This document shows positions 20,191 through 32,645 of a DNA stretch of 64,000 bases, one piece after another (the stretch's first letter is position 1; the number at the start of each line of letters is the position of its first letter). Origin of the DNA: Felis catus (taxonomy: Eukaryota); contig NC_058380.1 of NCBI RefSeq assembly GCF_018350175.1, positions 57,412,001 to 57,476,000 of the forward strand, given 5' to 3'. Position numbers and translations under genes: made by a program. The notes under the pieces were generated by a model, which worked only from the letters and a program-made list of their open reading frames with translations, was not told where the DNA came from and ran no database searches.

Positions 20191-23100
20191 ATGATTGAAG
20201 TGGTAGCAGAGCTGAGCCGAGGTCCTGTGTTTCTGGCGGGGGAGGCGCTGGAGTGTGTGGTGACAGTCACCAACCCCCTGCCCCCCACAGCCACTTCTGC
20301 ATCCAGGTGGGGATGCAGATACTGAAGGAGGTGGTTCTTCTGGGAGGAAGCCTGGTTTCTATGGTGCTAAGCCAGAGCTCAGATTGTCCTGTAGCACACC
20401 ACCACCTTCTTGCTCATTGCGCTCTCATTGTAGGAAAGGGCTGTTGAACTGAACGTGTGGTTGACGGAGCCCTCCACGCTCCCTTCTCCCCTTCCCCATT
20501 TCCATTTTACCCACAGTATACTTCTTTTTAATGGATTCTCTTTGAGGTTCAGGATTCCCCGATCTCTAAGACAGCCACTTCACCATGTTGGTCTCCTCAG
20601 ATGGTGGGGGGGTGGGGTGGGGGGGAGTTTGGGAGAGCATTTGTGAGGTCAGGAGCTCCCCTCTGATGCTTTCTTTTCTTCTTCCCATAGTGAGGCTTTG
20701 GCCTGGGCCAGTGCCCAAATCCACTGCCAGTTCCATGCCAGTGAGAGTCGAGTAGCACTCCCTCCCCCTGACTCCAGTCAGCCAGACGTCCAGCCTGAGA
20801 GCCAGACTGTCTTTCTACCACACCGAGGTTAAAGATGGGCATTTGCCTTTGGAAGGGGGTGGAGTCATTGTCACCTGAGAGTGAATTTGTTAAGTTGTTC
20901 TAGTGGGTCCTTATAGTTTCTGTCATATTGGGAATGTTGGGGAATGTAATTGTTGTTTTGGGGGTATATGACTGTTTGTATCTTACAACAAGAAAATAAG
21001 GGTAGCTTACTTTGGGCTGCCCCCACTTGCTGTGCTAGTTTCACCTAGTACTAGGCAGTGTGGGTCATTTTTTTTTTTTAATTTTTTTTTTAATGTTTAT
21101 TTGTTTTTGAGACAGAGAGCATGAACGGGGGAGGGTCAGAGAGGGAGACACAGAATCTGCAACAGGCTCCAGGCTCTGAGCGGTCAGCACAGAGCCCGAC
21201 GCGGGGCTCGAACTCAGTAGCCGTGAGATCATGACCTGAGCCAAAGTCGGACGCCCAAGAGACTGAGCCACCCAGGCGCCCCTAGACAGTAGGTCATTAA
21301 ATTGCAGTCTTTCTTATCTCTTTCAGGTGAGAGGGGTCAGTGTATCCTTTCCACTCCACCAAAAATCCTTTTCTGTGATCTGAGGCTAGATCCTGGAGAG
21401 TCCAAATCATGTGAGTGCCTATCTCTTTCCCACCCCTGGATTGCCTTCTAAGGCTCCTGGAGGGAGGACTTCTCTGGCTGCCTCTNNNNNNNNNNNNNNN
21501 NNNNNNNNNNNNNNNNNNNNNNNNNNNNNNNNNNNNNNNNNNNNNNNNNNNNNNNNNNNNNNNNNNNNNNNNNNNNNNNNNNNNNNNNNNNNNNNNNNNN
21601 NNNNNNNNNNNNNNNNNNNNNNNNNCTTTACTCAGGGTCCCTCTGAGGGTTCTTGTGCTGACAGGTAAGTAAGGATTCCTGGAGGGAAGGGCTGGGGAAG
21701 AACCTCACCAAAGCAGAGATGATCTGTAGAGGGCCTGCGAGGGGGGCTGGAGGGAAGCTTCCTGGTCTTAGTAAAGGTGCAAGTTGGGGGGTGGGGGGCG
21801 GTTTTTGGAGACTAGGTTGAAATGTGTACCTGGGATGTGACTCCCCTTACCTTCAGCCGTCACAGGTTGGAGTCTAAAACCCTAACCTCTACTGTCTATT
21901 CCCTCCTAGCACTACCTTTCCATCTCTTCTCTCTGTAGGCCTTCAAGATATCCGGTTTCCCCAGGATGAGGCTGTAGCCCCATCTAGTCCATTCTTGGAG
22001 GAGGATGAAGGTGGGAAGAAGGATTCATGGCTAGCAGAGCTGGCTGGGGAGCGTCTCATGGCTGCCACATCCTGCCGCAGCCTCCGTGAGAATCCTTTCA
22101 CAATTGCCCTCCCCCATACCCCCATATTGTTACTGTCTCTGACAGATTTTTCTAATTGCCATATGCTTCTTGAGGATTCACTGATACTCATCCCACATTA
22201 TAAAGAAAAACCCCACCTTGGCCTCTGGCTCCCAGCCCTTGGTACTCCCCAGTGTGGACTCCAGGCTCATAGTGTCCCATTCTTCCCAGATCTATACAAT
22301 ATCAGTGATGGCCGAGGAAAAGTTGGGACATTTGGCATCTTCAAATCTGTATACAGACTCGGCGAGGATGTGGTGGGGACCTTAAACTTAGGGGAAGGAA
22401 CTGTAGCTTGTTTGCAGGTGAGAAGGAAAGGGGATTTTGGGGTGCTGGGCCTGGAGGGCTAGGGAGGAAGGAGGAAGGGCCTACATAAAGAGGGGTGGTA
22501 TGTAGAAGTGAATAGTGTGGTCACCCAGGGTCCTTTTGGTAAAATAGCTTGAGATTGGGCTCAAGCCTCTCACCTAGAGTCCTTATTTTCAAGTGCCTGC
22601 TAGCAACCACTTCTCTTCTTGCTCCCAGTTTTCAGTAAGTTTACAGACTGAGGAACGTGTACAGCCTGAATACCAGAGGCGCCGCAGGACAGGGGGTATC
22701 CCCTCTGTCTCTCATGTGACTCATGCCCGGCACCAGGAGTCCTGCCTACATACAACCAGAACCAGCTTCTCCCTCCCCATCCCTCTCAGCTCCACCCCAG
22801 GCTTCTGCACAGCCATTGGTGAGACCCAGACCATCATCGGCGGGGGGCGGGGGGCGGGGAGTAAAATGCTGTATTTAGGTAGAGTGTAATGGGTCCTGAT
22901 TCCTAACAAACTCCTGGACATACCCACACCCAGCCTCCGACATGTAACACTTTCTCAGACATTCAGTCTGTTTCCTAGATGCACTAACTTCTAAATTCTT
23001 AAGAGCTTTACAGATGTCCTTCACTGCCCCTACCCACTGAGATCCTATGATGCACTGATCTCTGATTCCCCAGCGTGTTTACTTTAATCTACCAAGTCTT

Positions 23101-23545
23101 GACTTTCCACACTTAGATTATTAGATGCTTGACCTTGCTATCCTGTTGACATGTTTCTGGTTAACACTGGATTTCTTTAGAGAAATCCCTGATCCTAGCT
23201 CTGTGACTTCTTCTCTTCTTCCTGAATACCACTTTTTCCCCCCATTTGCTAACCATATCCTGCATTGGTTTTTACTCCTGCCTTCTAATGCCTCCCCACT
23301 TTTATCTGTTTTTTTCCACAGTGTCCCTGAAGTGGAGATTGCATTTTGAATTTGTAACATCGCGAGAACCAGGTTTGGTGCTCCTACCTCCCTTGGAACA
23401 GCCTGAGCCTGTCACCTGGACAGGGCCTGAGCAAGTGCCCGTAGACACCTTCAGCTGGGACCTTCCAATCAAGGTGCTGCCCACAAGCCCTACCCTGGCC
23501 TCATATGCAGCCCCAGGCCCCAGCACCAGCACCATAACCATCTGA
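20191..23545 (+). CDS. RGP1: RAB6A-GEF complex partner protein 2 (RGP1 homolog), 391 aa
   Basis: Exons 20191-20306, 20691-20827, 21327-21410, ~21515-21664 (5' part in the N gap), 21939-22085, 22290-22417, 22629-22818, 23322-23545. Starts [18 protein letters not shown] and ends [14 protein letters not shown]...STITI*. Total 1176 nt if the gapped exon is 150 nt. Confidence 0.96.
21068..21282 (-). mobile_element. Felid Can-SINE in RGP1 intron
   Basis: Full-length antisense copy with degenerate TSD tag.cagt..ggtcatt. Confidence 0.92.
21486..21625. other. Assembly gap (140 N) covering part of an RGP1 coding exon
   Basis: Run of N; the frame resumes as [13 protein letters not shown]. Confidence 1.
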
Positions 23546-23680
23546 AACTGACTCACCACGACGCTATCTTTCTTCAGGATACTGAGAACTCAGCACCTGG
23601 ACTCTATAGTAGGGCCCATTTTCCCCACCTGGGTCCAGTGGCATGGACAATGAGAGGCAGGCTTTTAGCTGTAGCATTAA

Positions 23681-23699
23681 TTTATTTATTCAGAATAAA
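23681..23699. terminator. Convergent poly(A) signals: MSMP (TTTATT 23681-23690, -) and RGP1 proximal (AATAAA 23694-23699, +)
   Basis: Sequence tttatttattcagaataaat lies between the two stop codons. Confidence 0.75.
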
Positions 23700-23772
23700 T
23701 TGGCAGCTGCTAGTGGTTTCCCTGGAAGTGGCAGCAGCAGTGGGCAGTTAGCGGAAGGGTGATCGGTTGAGT

Positions 23773-24754
23773 TTAGTTGGAGTGGGGAGCAGGGGCCCCA
23801 GGGGCAGGGGTGTTGGCTGAGCCCCATTCGGGGTCAGGCCCTCCCCCTTTGCAGGGCAGCCGAGGGTCAGATTTTTGCACCAGGGAGAATTGACAGGTTC
23901 CTGCCTCCTGACGTACCTCACACCCCGCGGGGAAGTCGATGGGATGCTGAGACCTGGGGAAGCAAAGCATGGGAAAGGAGTCAGCATGGTGAAGGCCCCC
24001 TTTATCCCTGCCCTACTTTCCTTCTCTGCCAGCATTCTTCCCATGTCTTTAGTGCCGTCTTGTTCCCTGTGACTAAGCCCTGGCCTGCCATATATGGATT
24101 TTTTCGTTTCATAGCAGAAATATTTTCCCTCCAGACCGCCCCCTACATCCCTCACTTCGTAGCCTGCAGCCTTCTCTCTTTCTCTCACTCTTGTTGGTAC
24201 CTTCAGGTTCAGCCAGCCTCATACCTCTATTCTGTTCATTTTCCCACCACAACAGTCTGGTTATACCCTGGCAGTCTGTGGTCACTCACGTGTCACAGCA
24301 GCCCACACCGACGGGATGCAGACAGGTACAATGGAAACAGTCCTTGCGGAGCCAAGACTCACCGAGGGTAAAATATTTCCCTTCATAGTGGCAGGGGGCT
24401 AGGGAAGAACAGGAGATGTTAGTGTGTGTGGGAGTGGTAGTGGCAGACAAAAATCACTTGCGGTCTGCAGTGGGAGAAAGTAAGTACACATCACCTCCAT
24501 ATTTAGTCTCTCCAATTTCCGAGCTGGACGGAGTCTGGGTTTTCTGGTAGAGGATCATCTCTAAGCCCCCCTCATCCCAACTCCCTCTGTCCTCGGCCTT
24601 TCCAAATACCTCCCCCAGCTTTACCTTGAGCTTGAAAGTAGCACTTGCTGTGGACTCCTGGCTGCTGGAGGAGCAGAGATATCACCAAGCAGATGATCCC
24701 CCAGCTTCCCAGGACTCCCTTCGCCTGTCCAGACCAGAGCATCATTAGGGTCAT
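23773..24754 (-). CDS. MSMP: Prostate-associated microseminoprotein (PSMP), secreted beta-microseminoprotein family, 139 aa
   Basis: Exons 24754-24625, 24398-24290, 23953-23773 (420 nt). Signal peptide, then [57 protein letters not shown]...PC with the family Cys pattern. Confidence 0.96.
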
Positions 24755-24924
24755 TCCTGCAGCACAGCCCTCTCGATCCCTTCTTGGCCTCTGTTCCAGA
24801 CTACTCTGGTCTTGTCTCTTTGGCTTTTCTTTGTTTTTCTCCTTGAGTCTTAGTTTCTGTCTTTCTCCCCTGGGCTCCTGTCTCACACCATCTCCTTGCC
24901 CTCTGCTCTCACAGGCTTGGGATG

Positions 24925-24932
24925 TTTATAAA
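24925..24932 (-). promoter_or_regulatory. MSMP TATA box
   Basis: TTTATAAA about 170 nt upstream of the MSMP ATG. Confidence 0.65.
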
Positions 24933-25689
24933 GTGAGGACCCTGGCCCCCTGCTGAGCAGAGCTGGAAAAGCTGTAACTCTGTTTCCTGAGGTGAGGGCA
25001 TGAAAACAAGAGGTCTAGCTTTAACAAGCTGTGAGAGCTGATTCATGCCCCGGCACAGCGAGGGGGAGGGAGGTGGCCATGGAAGGGGCACTGACTGGGC
25101 ACTTCCCCAGCAAGGAGGTGGGAGGGGTAAGGGCCCCCAGGTGGTCCCCACATCTCTTCCCTGACCTGGAGAGGAGGAAGCATTCCCCCCCACCCCCAAC
25201 ACACACATACACACCAGGGGTGTGTGTGCTGGGATCCTTGCCTGGACCGGAGGGAGGCATTTCCTGGGGATGGCTAATCCTGCGCTCCAGCCAAACCCAG
25301 GAGCTGCAGTAGGGTGCGACAGCCAGAGGCTCCGGGAGAGCAAACCGACACCTGGAGTGGAGAATGTTTCTCTCAGACCTTAGGGCAGAGTCTCCCTGAA
25401 GTATGCTAGAGATGTGGGTGCTCCTCCGAGATGAGGAGGTGGGTGTCTCTTTTGCACAAGCCTACCGGGGATGCGCTTTCCATTGCTTGGTACCCCCAAA
25501 CATATGGCACATGCAAGATCTTCCCTTATCTGGGGACAGTTCTTTTAAAGAGGGACATCTCTAAATACTCTACTGGTATGAGTCACTCCGGTTTCACAGA
25601 GGTGCCCCTGTTTCCTGTAAGAACGAGAATTGAGGAGTCCTCGATGTCCTCTTTTGGGTTTCCTGCAGGCTCTGGAGAACCCCAAGATG

Positions 25690-25920
25690 GGTGATTAAGA
25701 CTGTAGGTTATAGAGTCAGACTACTTGGATTCAGATCCTGATTCCACTTAAGAGCTGTGTGACCTTGGGCAAGCTACTTCAACTCTCTAGGCCCTTTTCC
25801 TTATCTTTAAATTGGGATAGTAATACTAACTCAGGGTTGTTGTGAGGCTTTAAATGAGATGATGCGTGTAATGCTTTTAGCACTGTCCCTGGCACATGAG
25901 CCTCAGGAAATGGTAGCTGC
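25690..25920 (+). mobile_element. MIR SINE
   Basis: agctgtgtgaccttgggcaagctacttcaactctct...cagggttgttgtgagg...aaatgagatgat. Confidence 0.88.
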
Positions 25921-26904
25921 TGTGGTTGGTGCTAAAGCTCAGATAAAATGGGGAGACATTCCTTTGTCTGAATGGTATTGAGCAGCTCTGCACAGCTGAA
26001 GACTTCTGTGGGGGGCTGCTATCTCCTATCACAGACTTCTGCCCTTTGTGCATTCGTGCTCCATGTCACCCTTACTACCTCTGGTTTGAGAAAAAAGTGT
26101 TGGGGGTAAACCCACTTTTCCTAGGTCAGTCAGTACCCTCACTTCTGCCCTGGGAGAAGGTGTCAGTTTCTCATCCTTCCAGGTAACATTGGGACCCCTG
26201 CTTTTCTCATTTGGATTTTGATCCATTTCTTCCCATCCCCGCTCATGTGAACTCTCAAGTTCTCCTATTTGACCACTCTAATGCCAGCCATCTCTTTGGT
26301 ACTAATGACACCTTTCTTTCGCTTTGCCATACTCCAAAGACCTTTTTCTAGCTGTTCTTTCCTGTCTGGAGGGCCACTTTGACCTTCTGTTTTTCCTTCT
26401 AAGTCTCCAGTCCATTTTACTGCAAGAGTCTCATTCCCTGCCACCCAGTGGATCAGATACAACTACTTCTGGCTGACCTTTTTAGAGGGCCACCCTGCCT
26501 CTCTCCTCTTCATTCAGAAACAACTTCGTCTGTCCACCTCAGACTCCCTATTTGTCCTCTTCCAAGTAATGGCTTAAGTGGATGGAGATGCCAACTATAT
26601 GTACCACATGTTCACCCTAGTCAGGTCTGATACCTTTTCTATTTCAGAGGAGTGCCAAGAGAAAAAAGAAAATTCATGGTTGAAGCTGGGTGCCTTGATT
26701 GTAGGCTGGTGTGTGGGAAACATGACCCTGGACTGCTCTCTTGGCTGGAGCAGGTGGATTAGGAGTCCTTTCTAGCACAAGGGCCCAGAAATCTTGTCAG
26801 TGGTCAGTAGCTCTGCTGCTACCTTTCTGGGGAAGGGGGGCCCTGCTGATACCCTGGAAATCTGGGGCACGGAAAGCCTTTTGCTCCTGCAACCTGGAGC
26901 CGAC

Positions 26905-26918
26905 CCAGCAGGGGGCAG
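26905..26918 (+). promoter_or_regulatory. CTCF motif
   Basis: CCAGCAGGGGGCAG matches the CTCF core consensus. Confidence 0.6.
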
Positions 26919-27289
26919 ACACGACTGGGGACCTAGGAAGCTTGAAGGTGGTGATGATGCCGGCAGGCAAAGGGGGCCCAGTAGGGATTGGTGTGTGTGT
27001 GAGGTAATGGGGACAGAAGTGGGGGCCGCCTATAATGAAGATGAGGTAGGCATATGGGCGGGAGTAGGGGGCTTCTTTCTAGAAAGAAAGCCGGGGGTTG
27101 AGTCGGGATCCTTCTCACAGAATTTGGGGGAGGGGGGCGTGTCGGGGAGGTGTTGGTTGAATCCACTTGCATTCCTGTTGGTGTGCACGTTCTTGTGTGC
27201 GTCTCTATAGCTGCTTGGGCCCCGAGGCCACGCTTGTGGTTGCTGTGTGTATGCTTATGTGTAGAAGAGGTCAGTGGTTAGGGCCCAAC

Positions 27290-27720
27290 TCTGATTCCTG
27301 GGGCCGCGGCCGTTGGGAATGCCAGTTGCGGGGAGGGGGGGGGGGCGCGGCCAGTAGGGGGTGATTGGCGCGCGCGCGCTGGGACAGAAAAAACATCCGC
27401 CGGAGGCCCGGCCGGGCGGCGCTCCAGCAGTGCCCAGCAGGCAGGTGCGCGAGGCGAGGAAGTGAGCGCATTCCGGCCCCCCGGCCGCCGGCCCTCCGGT
27501 GAGTCACCGCCGACCCCTGCGGCCCGCTGCCGGATAGGAGGGACCGGCCGCAGAGGGGAGATTTGGGTGGCCGGAGCCCCTGAGGGTGGTGGTGGGGGGA
27601 ACCCCTTCAGGGTTACCGTAGCGCTGGGGAGAGTAAAGGGAGGAAGGGTCCTGTGGGGTCGAGGTCCTGGTTTCACCCCAGGCGCGAAACCCCTAATAGA
27701 CACTGAATACAGAGCCCGTG
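27290..27720. promoter_or_regulatory. Orphan CpG island / promoter-like element
   Basis: CpG-dense. CTCF-like CCAGTAGGGGGTG at 27351, inverted CCAAT and E2F-like GATTGGCGCGC, ETS GGAAGT, splice donor CCG|GTGAGT after 27498. Confidence 0.75.
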
Positions 27721-28982
27721 ACTGAATGGAGGCAGGCAGGGAGCCTCCCTTGGGAGAATCTTGGGGCAGGGAGAAGGCCCCAGAGAGCTCGTGTGGGAAG
27801 GGAAAGGGGCCCTGGGCAAAACAGCAAGTGGGTGAGACTGGGGAGGGGAGGAGTGTGGGGCTGTGGAGTGAGAGCACGGTGGACTGGAGTGCTGGAGGAT
27901 CACAGCGCCAGTGTAGGCCTTGGCGAGCCAGAGCCTGTAGATGAAAGGAGACTTCATATCAGGTAGGAAGGTGGAAATGGCCAGACCCCAGACAAGGTCT
28001 GCCCAGAGGCCTGTGTGCTCGGAGAGTGGAAGGTAGGTTTAGGGGGTGGTGGGACTTAAGGTTAGGTAGGTACCCTGTAGCCAAGTCATTAAAGGCTTTG
28101 AATGCTGGGGTGAGGAATTTGGATTTGGCCTTGCAGGTGGCAATGACGGCCTCTGAGCAAGAAGAGTAGTGACTGACTTAAAGGCAAGGTTATCTGTGTG
28201 TAACATTACTGCCTCCCATTCCGTCTTTGCTGAAGAATTAGGCATGGATATGCTAATTTTTATAGTCATTTAACACTGTGTAACTGCATTTATCAAACGA
28301 TTAAGTGTTGGATTTTTAAAAATAGTAAAGTTGAAAAATCTGATTCAATATTTGATTTAAAACCCAAAGTTGAGGCTATCAAGATTAGTTACATGGCATT
28401 ATGCTTTTGTGCCCCTTTTTCTCGCAGTGACCTGAGTGAATTCTGTTTCTAGTGTCTCAGTTTTGCATCAGCACAATCCTTCTAGTTTTCCCCTCCTTCA
28501 TCTTATGGTCTTTATTTTTAACCTTAACTTTCTTCTGTGCAGCCATTTAAACTGCCCTATAACCCAAACCAAGTAAAACATTTCTTGGAGTGGGCACTGG
28601 GCTACAGTATACAAATAACCCAGCTTTACGTATGTATTATATTATTATGTTCTGTGCACATGTATGTAACTGTGGAGTTTCTGTGTTTAGCCTGTGGCTG
28701 ATAAAAAGAGAGAGAAAGCTAAATCTGTTTTATTCACAATAGTATTTATATAACAGTACTTATTAGTCTGATTTCTAAAATCAACTCTATGATGGTATTT
28801 GTCTCAGAAACTGACGCTCATTCTATCATATCATGATCTTTATATTTATTTTATCTTGGGCTGAAGGCAATTCCAAGAATTAGGATTTTAATAATTTATT
28901 TTAAAGATCTTTAAATCCTGCAGTTGCCTTTGGCCCCAAACAAGAAAATCTGGGTCAGTTAAATTTTAAAAAAAGAAAATGA

Positions 28983-29205
28983 GGGGCGCCTGGGTGGCGC
29001 AGTCGGTTAAGCGTCCGACTTCAGCCAGGTCACGATCTCGCGGTCCGGGAGTTCGAGCCCCGCGTCGGGCTCTGGGCTGATGGCTCAGAGCCTGGAGCCT
29101 GTTTCTGATTCTGTGTCTCCCTCTCTCTCTGCCCCTCCCCCGTTCATGCTCTGTCTCTCTCTGTCCCAAAAATAAAAATAAAAATAAAAATAAAAAATAA
29201 AAAAG
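28983..29205 (+). mobile_element. Young felid SINEC_Fc with (AAAAAT)n tail
   Basis: Near-consensus body, TSD aaaagaaaatga on both sides. Confidence 0.95.
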
Positions 29206-30960
29206 AAAATGATTTACTATATTGGGCCCTGCTGCTTTCTCCTGTGCTGTTTCAGTCCCAGCCCTACCTTATTCCCAGTGGCTTTTGCCTTCATTCCTTC
29301 TTTGCTCTGCGGGGCATCTTTAGAGGAAAACTTCACACCAACTTCCTCTACCATAAATTCTCTCCCTTCCTTCAATTCTACACTTCTCTTTGCCAATGTA
29401 CACCACTACTTCTTCACTGATTTTTTTTTTTTTTTTAAACCTACAGCCCTTTCTGGCTCTTTTCCATCTTTAACACTCTCTTGTTGAAATCTTCTCTTTT
29501 TCCTCCTTTCTGTTTGGTAAGACCTTAGATTTTTAAAAGATTGGATTTTATTTATTATTTATTCTGCATGATCTGTCTTCCTTCCTCTTCTCTCACCTTT
29601 TTCTGATTTGGGGCTGTTTGTAAACCCTGTTATGCTTGCTTTAACCAACGCTTCAACCTTCCCGTTGTGATTAAGCATTCTTCCTCTAGGTACAGCAGAA
29701 AACGCTTATGTTTCCACTCTTTTTCCTACAAGGAAAAAAGGTTTTCAAATTTACATCGACTTCAGCCTCTTCTTCCAACATTTTGCATCCAGCAGCATGA
29801 CGTGGTCAATTGTAAAGTCCGTTGAGTGACTCCACTAGCCTGATGTTGTGCTAGGCACTGAATAGTGAATTTCACAATCCTGGCACCAGTTTCCTCAGCA
29901 ATTGCCAACAATAGATGTTACCACATGCGTGCATGTGAATTCTCTCGTGTATATGCTAAAATGCACAGATAGTATAACAAGTCAGTATGTGTGTATGAAT
30001 ATATGTTCAGGATATTACATTATAATCAAGGTAAGTGCATTTTGGGGTAGAAGATGAGGATGGGTAAGTTGATAGCTAGGATAGAAGGTTAACAGACATC
30101 ATCCTTTGGTATTCTGTATTCAGATGAGAAAGATGAGTGGAGCCATTCCTATACAGATGAGATCACACGAAGGAGGCTGAGTTTCAGGAGTTCTGAGAGA
30201 TGACAAGCAAGGGTTTGGTGAACGGCAGGAGGATGGGATAGAGGGGCCAGAGTCCAAGAACATTCCTATACTCAGCTCGGTACTCTCTCTGGCAGAGAAT
30301 AGAAAAGATTGTCTGGTTGTAGTGGTGGTTTCAACTATGATCGAGATTCCATTAATAACCCATATTGAAGTTTTCTACCTTGTCTCTGTGCCATTTGAAC
30401 CATTCTTAACAAGTTCTTATCATTTTTTTTCCTCCTTACGAACTATTACGTTCATGATAGCCCCTACCACCAATAATTAGCCCCTAGCTAACCACCATTA
30501 ATTTTGACTAAATTACCTGGCTACTTATAAATTTTCATTGTTCCTGCCTGCTCTACAATCTATTTATGGCAGTAGTGACTTTTAAAATTCTATTTATGAC
30601 TCACTTTTATTTATAAATTGCTCTTTTCTTAAAATTATAGACTCAAAACTAGATACTTAGAAGGCATCTAGTTTTTTGTTGTCTCTGAAAGATGATCAAG
30701 TTGATCTTTGCTTTCTCTATATTGAATAAAATGGGTTACTTCCTCCTGCAGTCAGAGGCCACCCCTTCTGTTATCTGGCTCTAGGTACTAGAGGCTTGTT
30801 AAGCTGAAATCTGGCTTCTTATAGCATCTCATTTTCCCCCTTAGTTCTGCTCTTTGAAATGATATGGAAGAAATCGACTTGTTTTTCAGTGCGGCAGCTC
30901 TTTAAAGATTTGAAAAGCGTTTGTTTTTTGTTAGCTATTTGTCTAAGCTTTTTTCTTTAG

Positions 30961-31380
30961 CACTAATAGAACTTTCTGTGATGATAGAAATGTTCTCTAC
31001 CTGTCTTGGCTAATCAGTAGCCACTAGTCACATGTGGCTTTTGAGCACTTGAAATATGGCTAATGTGAGGAATGGAATTTTAAATTTTAATTTTTTTTTT
31101 TAACGTTTATTTACTTTTGAGACAGAGAGAGAGAAAGCATGAACGGGGGAGGGTCAGAGAGAGAGAGGGAGACACAATCTGAAACAGGCTCCAGGCTCTG
31201 AGCTGTCAGCACAGAGCCCGACGCGGGGCTCGAACTCATTAGCCGTGAGATCATGACCTGAGCTGAAGTCCGATGCTTAACCGACTGAGCCACCCAGGTG
31301 CCCCTGGAATTTTAAATTTTAATTAATTTAAATGTAAATAGCCATATGAGGTGAGTGGCTGTTGTGTTAGTACAGCTCTA
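30961..31380. mobile_element. MER3-like hAT-Charlie DNA transposon interrupted by an antisense Can-SINE (31093-31304)
   Basis: aatagaactttctgtgatgatagaaatgttct...gtagccactagtcacatgtggc; SINE TSD tggaattttaaattttaatt. Confidence 0.8.
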
Positions 31381-31639
31381 AACTCAGAGTTAGTATGTTG
31401 TCATATGGCTGTCTTTTGGCTACTCCATAAATCTTATGGTCATTTCAAAAAATGGTAAAAATGTGTGTAACTGGGCTCTTGGTCTGCCTAAAGGCCAGTC
31501 TTCTATGTTGTCATAGCTGAGAAACAACACAAACCCAAAGCCTTGATGAGTAATGTCAGTTTTTATTGAAGGGGTAAAAGATGAAGGTTAGAATCTCATC
31601 TCTCATGTACCAAAAGCAATGCTTAAGAAAAAATTTCTC

Positions 31640-31850
31640 AGGGCGCCTGGGTGGCTTAGTTGGTTAAGCGTCCAACTCTTGATTTCAGCTCAGGTCACAA
31701 TCTCACAGTTTGTGAGATCAAGCCCTGCCCTGCGTCAGGCTCTGTTGCTGACAGCACAGTGTGGAACCTGCTTGGGATTCTTTCCCTCTTCCCCTCTGTC
31801 TGCCCCTCCCCTGCTCGTGCTTGCTCGCTCTCAAATAAACATTTCTAAAA
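31640..31850 (+). mobile_element. Can-SINE
   Basis: gggcgcctgggtggcttagttggttaag head. Confidence 0.9.
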
Positions 31851-32354
31851 AAGGGGGGGAGGGGGGAGAAATCTGCATTTAATCTCTTCCCCAAAGAGAA
31901 AGAGTCCCTGAAGTCCCTCTCCCTCAAGTGGCTAACAAATCTCTCCCTTCTCTTTTCCCTTCTTTCCCCAAAATATATTTTCTCCTCCTCTTTGAACCTT
32001 ACTCCTCTATTCTCTTTGAGTACCACCCTCTTCTCCTTTGAGGCGAGTTCTTAGCTGTGCTCCTCTTCAACTTCCCTTCCCTTTTAGTATTTCTGCTTGG
32101 GAAAATCAAGGAACTTTCCCCCTACCTATCTTTCTAGGGGCGGGACTCGGGAATGAGAGATTAGGGCTATAGTGTCATAAATAATTTTTCTTTTCCTTTC
32201 TCACATAATTCCTGACCTCCTCCTAGGAGTCCTCCTGTTTTCTTATCATTGCTGAAGAGTTTCTATTTAGTATTCTTTTACATAAGAATCTCTGTTGTCT
32301 TCTTTCATTCCATGTCTATGCTTGACACATACTAATAAAGCTCCTTCTTCACAG

Positions 32355-32484
32355 NNNNNNNNNNNNNNNNNNNNNNNNNNNNNNNNNNNNNNNNNNNNNN
32401 NNNNNNNNNNNNNNNNNNNNNNNNNNNNNNNNNNNNNNNNNNNNNNNNNNNNNNNNNNNNNNNNNNNNNNNNNNNNNNNNNNNN
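32355..32484. other. Assembly gap (130 N)
   Basis: Run of N adjoining a SINE tail. Confidence 1.
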
Positions 32485-32645
32485 AGTAGGGGAGGGGCAG
32501 AGAGAATGGGAGACAGAATCCGAAGCAGGCTCCAGGCTCCCAGCTGTCAGTACAGAGCCTGATGCGGGGCTCAAACTTGTCAACTGCGAGATCATGACCT
32601 GAGCCGAAGTCAGACACTCAACCGACTGAGCCACCCAGGTGCCTC
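32485..32645 (-). mobile_element. Can-SINE (tail in the gap)
   Basis: Antisense SINE body. Confidence 0.9.

Noticed and set aside
23748-24188. 146-aa ORF overlapping MSMP intron 2 and exon 3
   Set aside because: Alternative frame over a known exon; no homology or independent start context.
27278-27877. 199-aa and other overlapping ORFs across the orphan CpG island
   Set aside because: Non-ATG starts, low-complexity Pro/Arg/Gly/Ala content, expected from stop-codon scarcity in GC-rich DNA.
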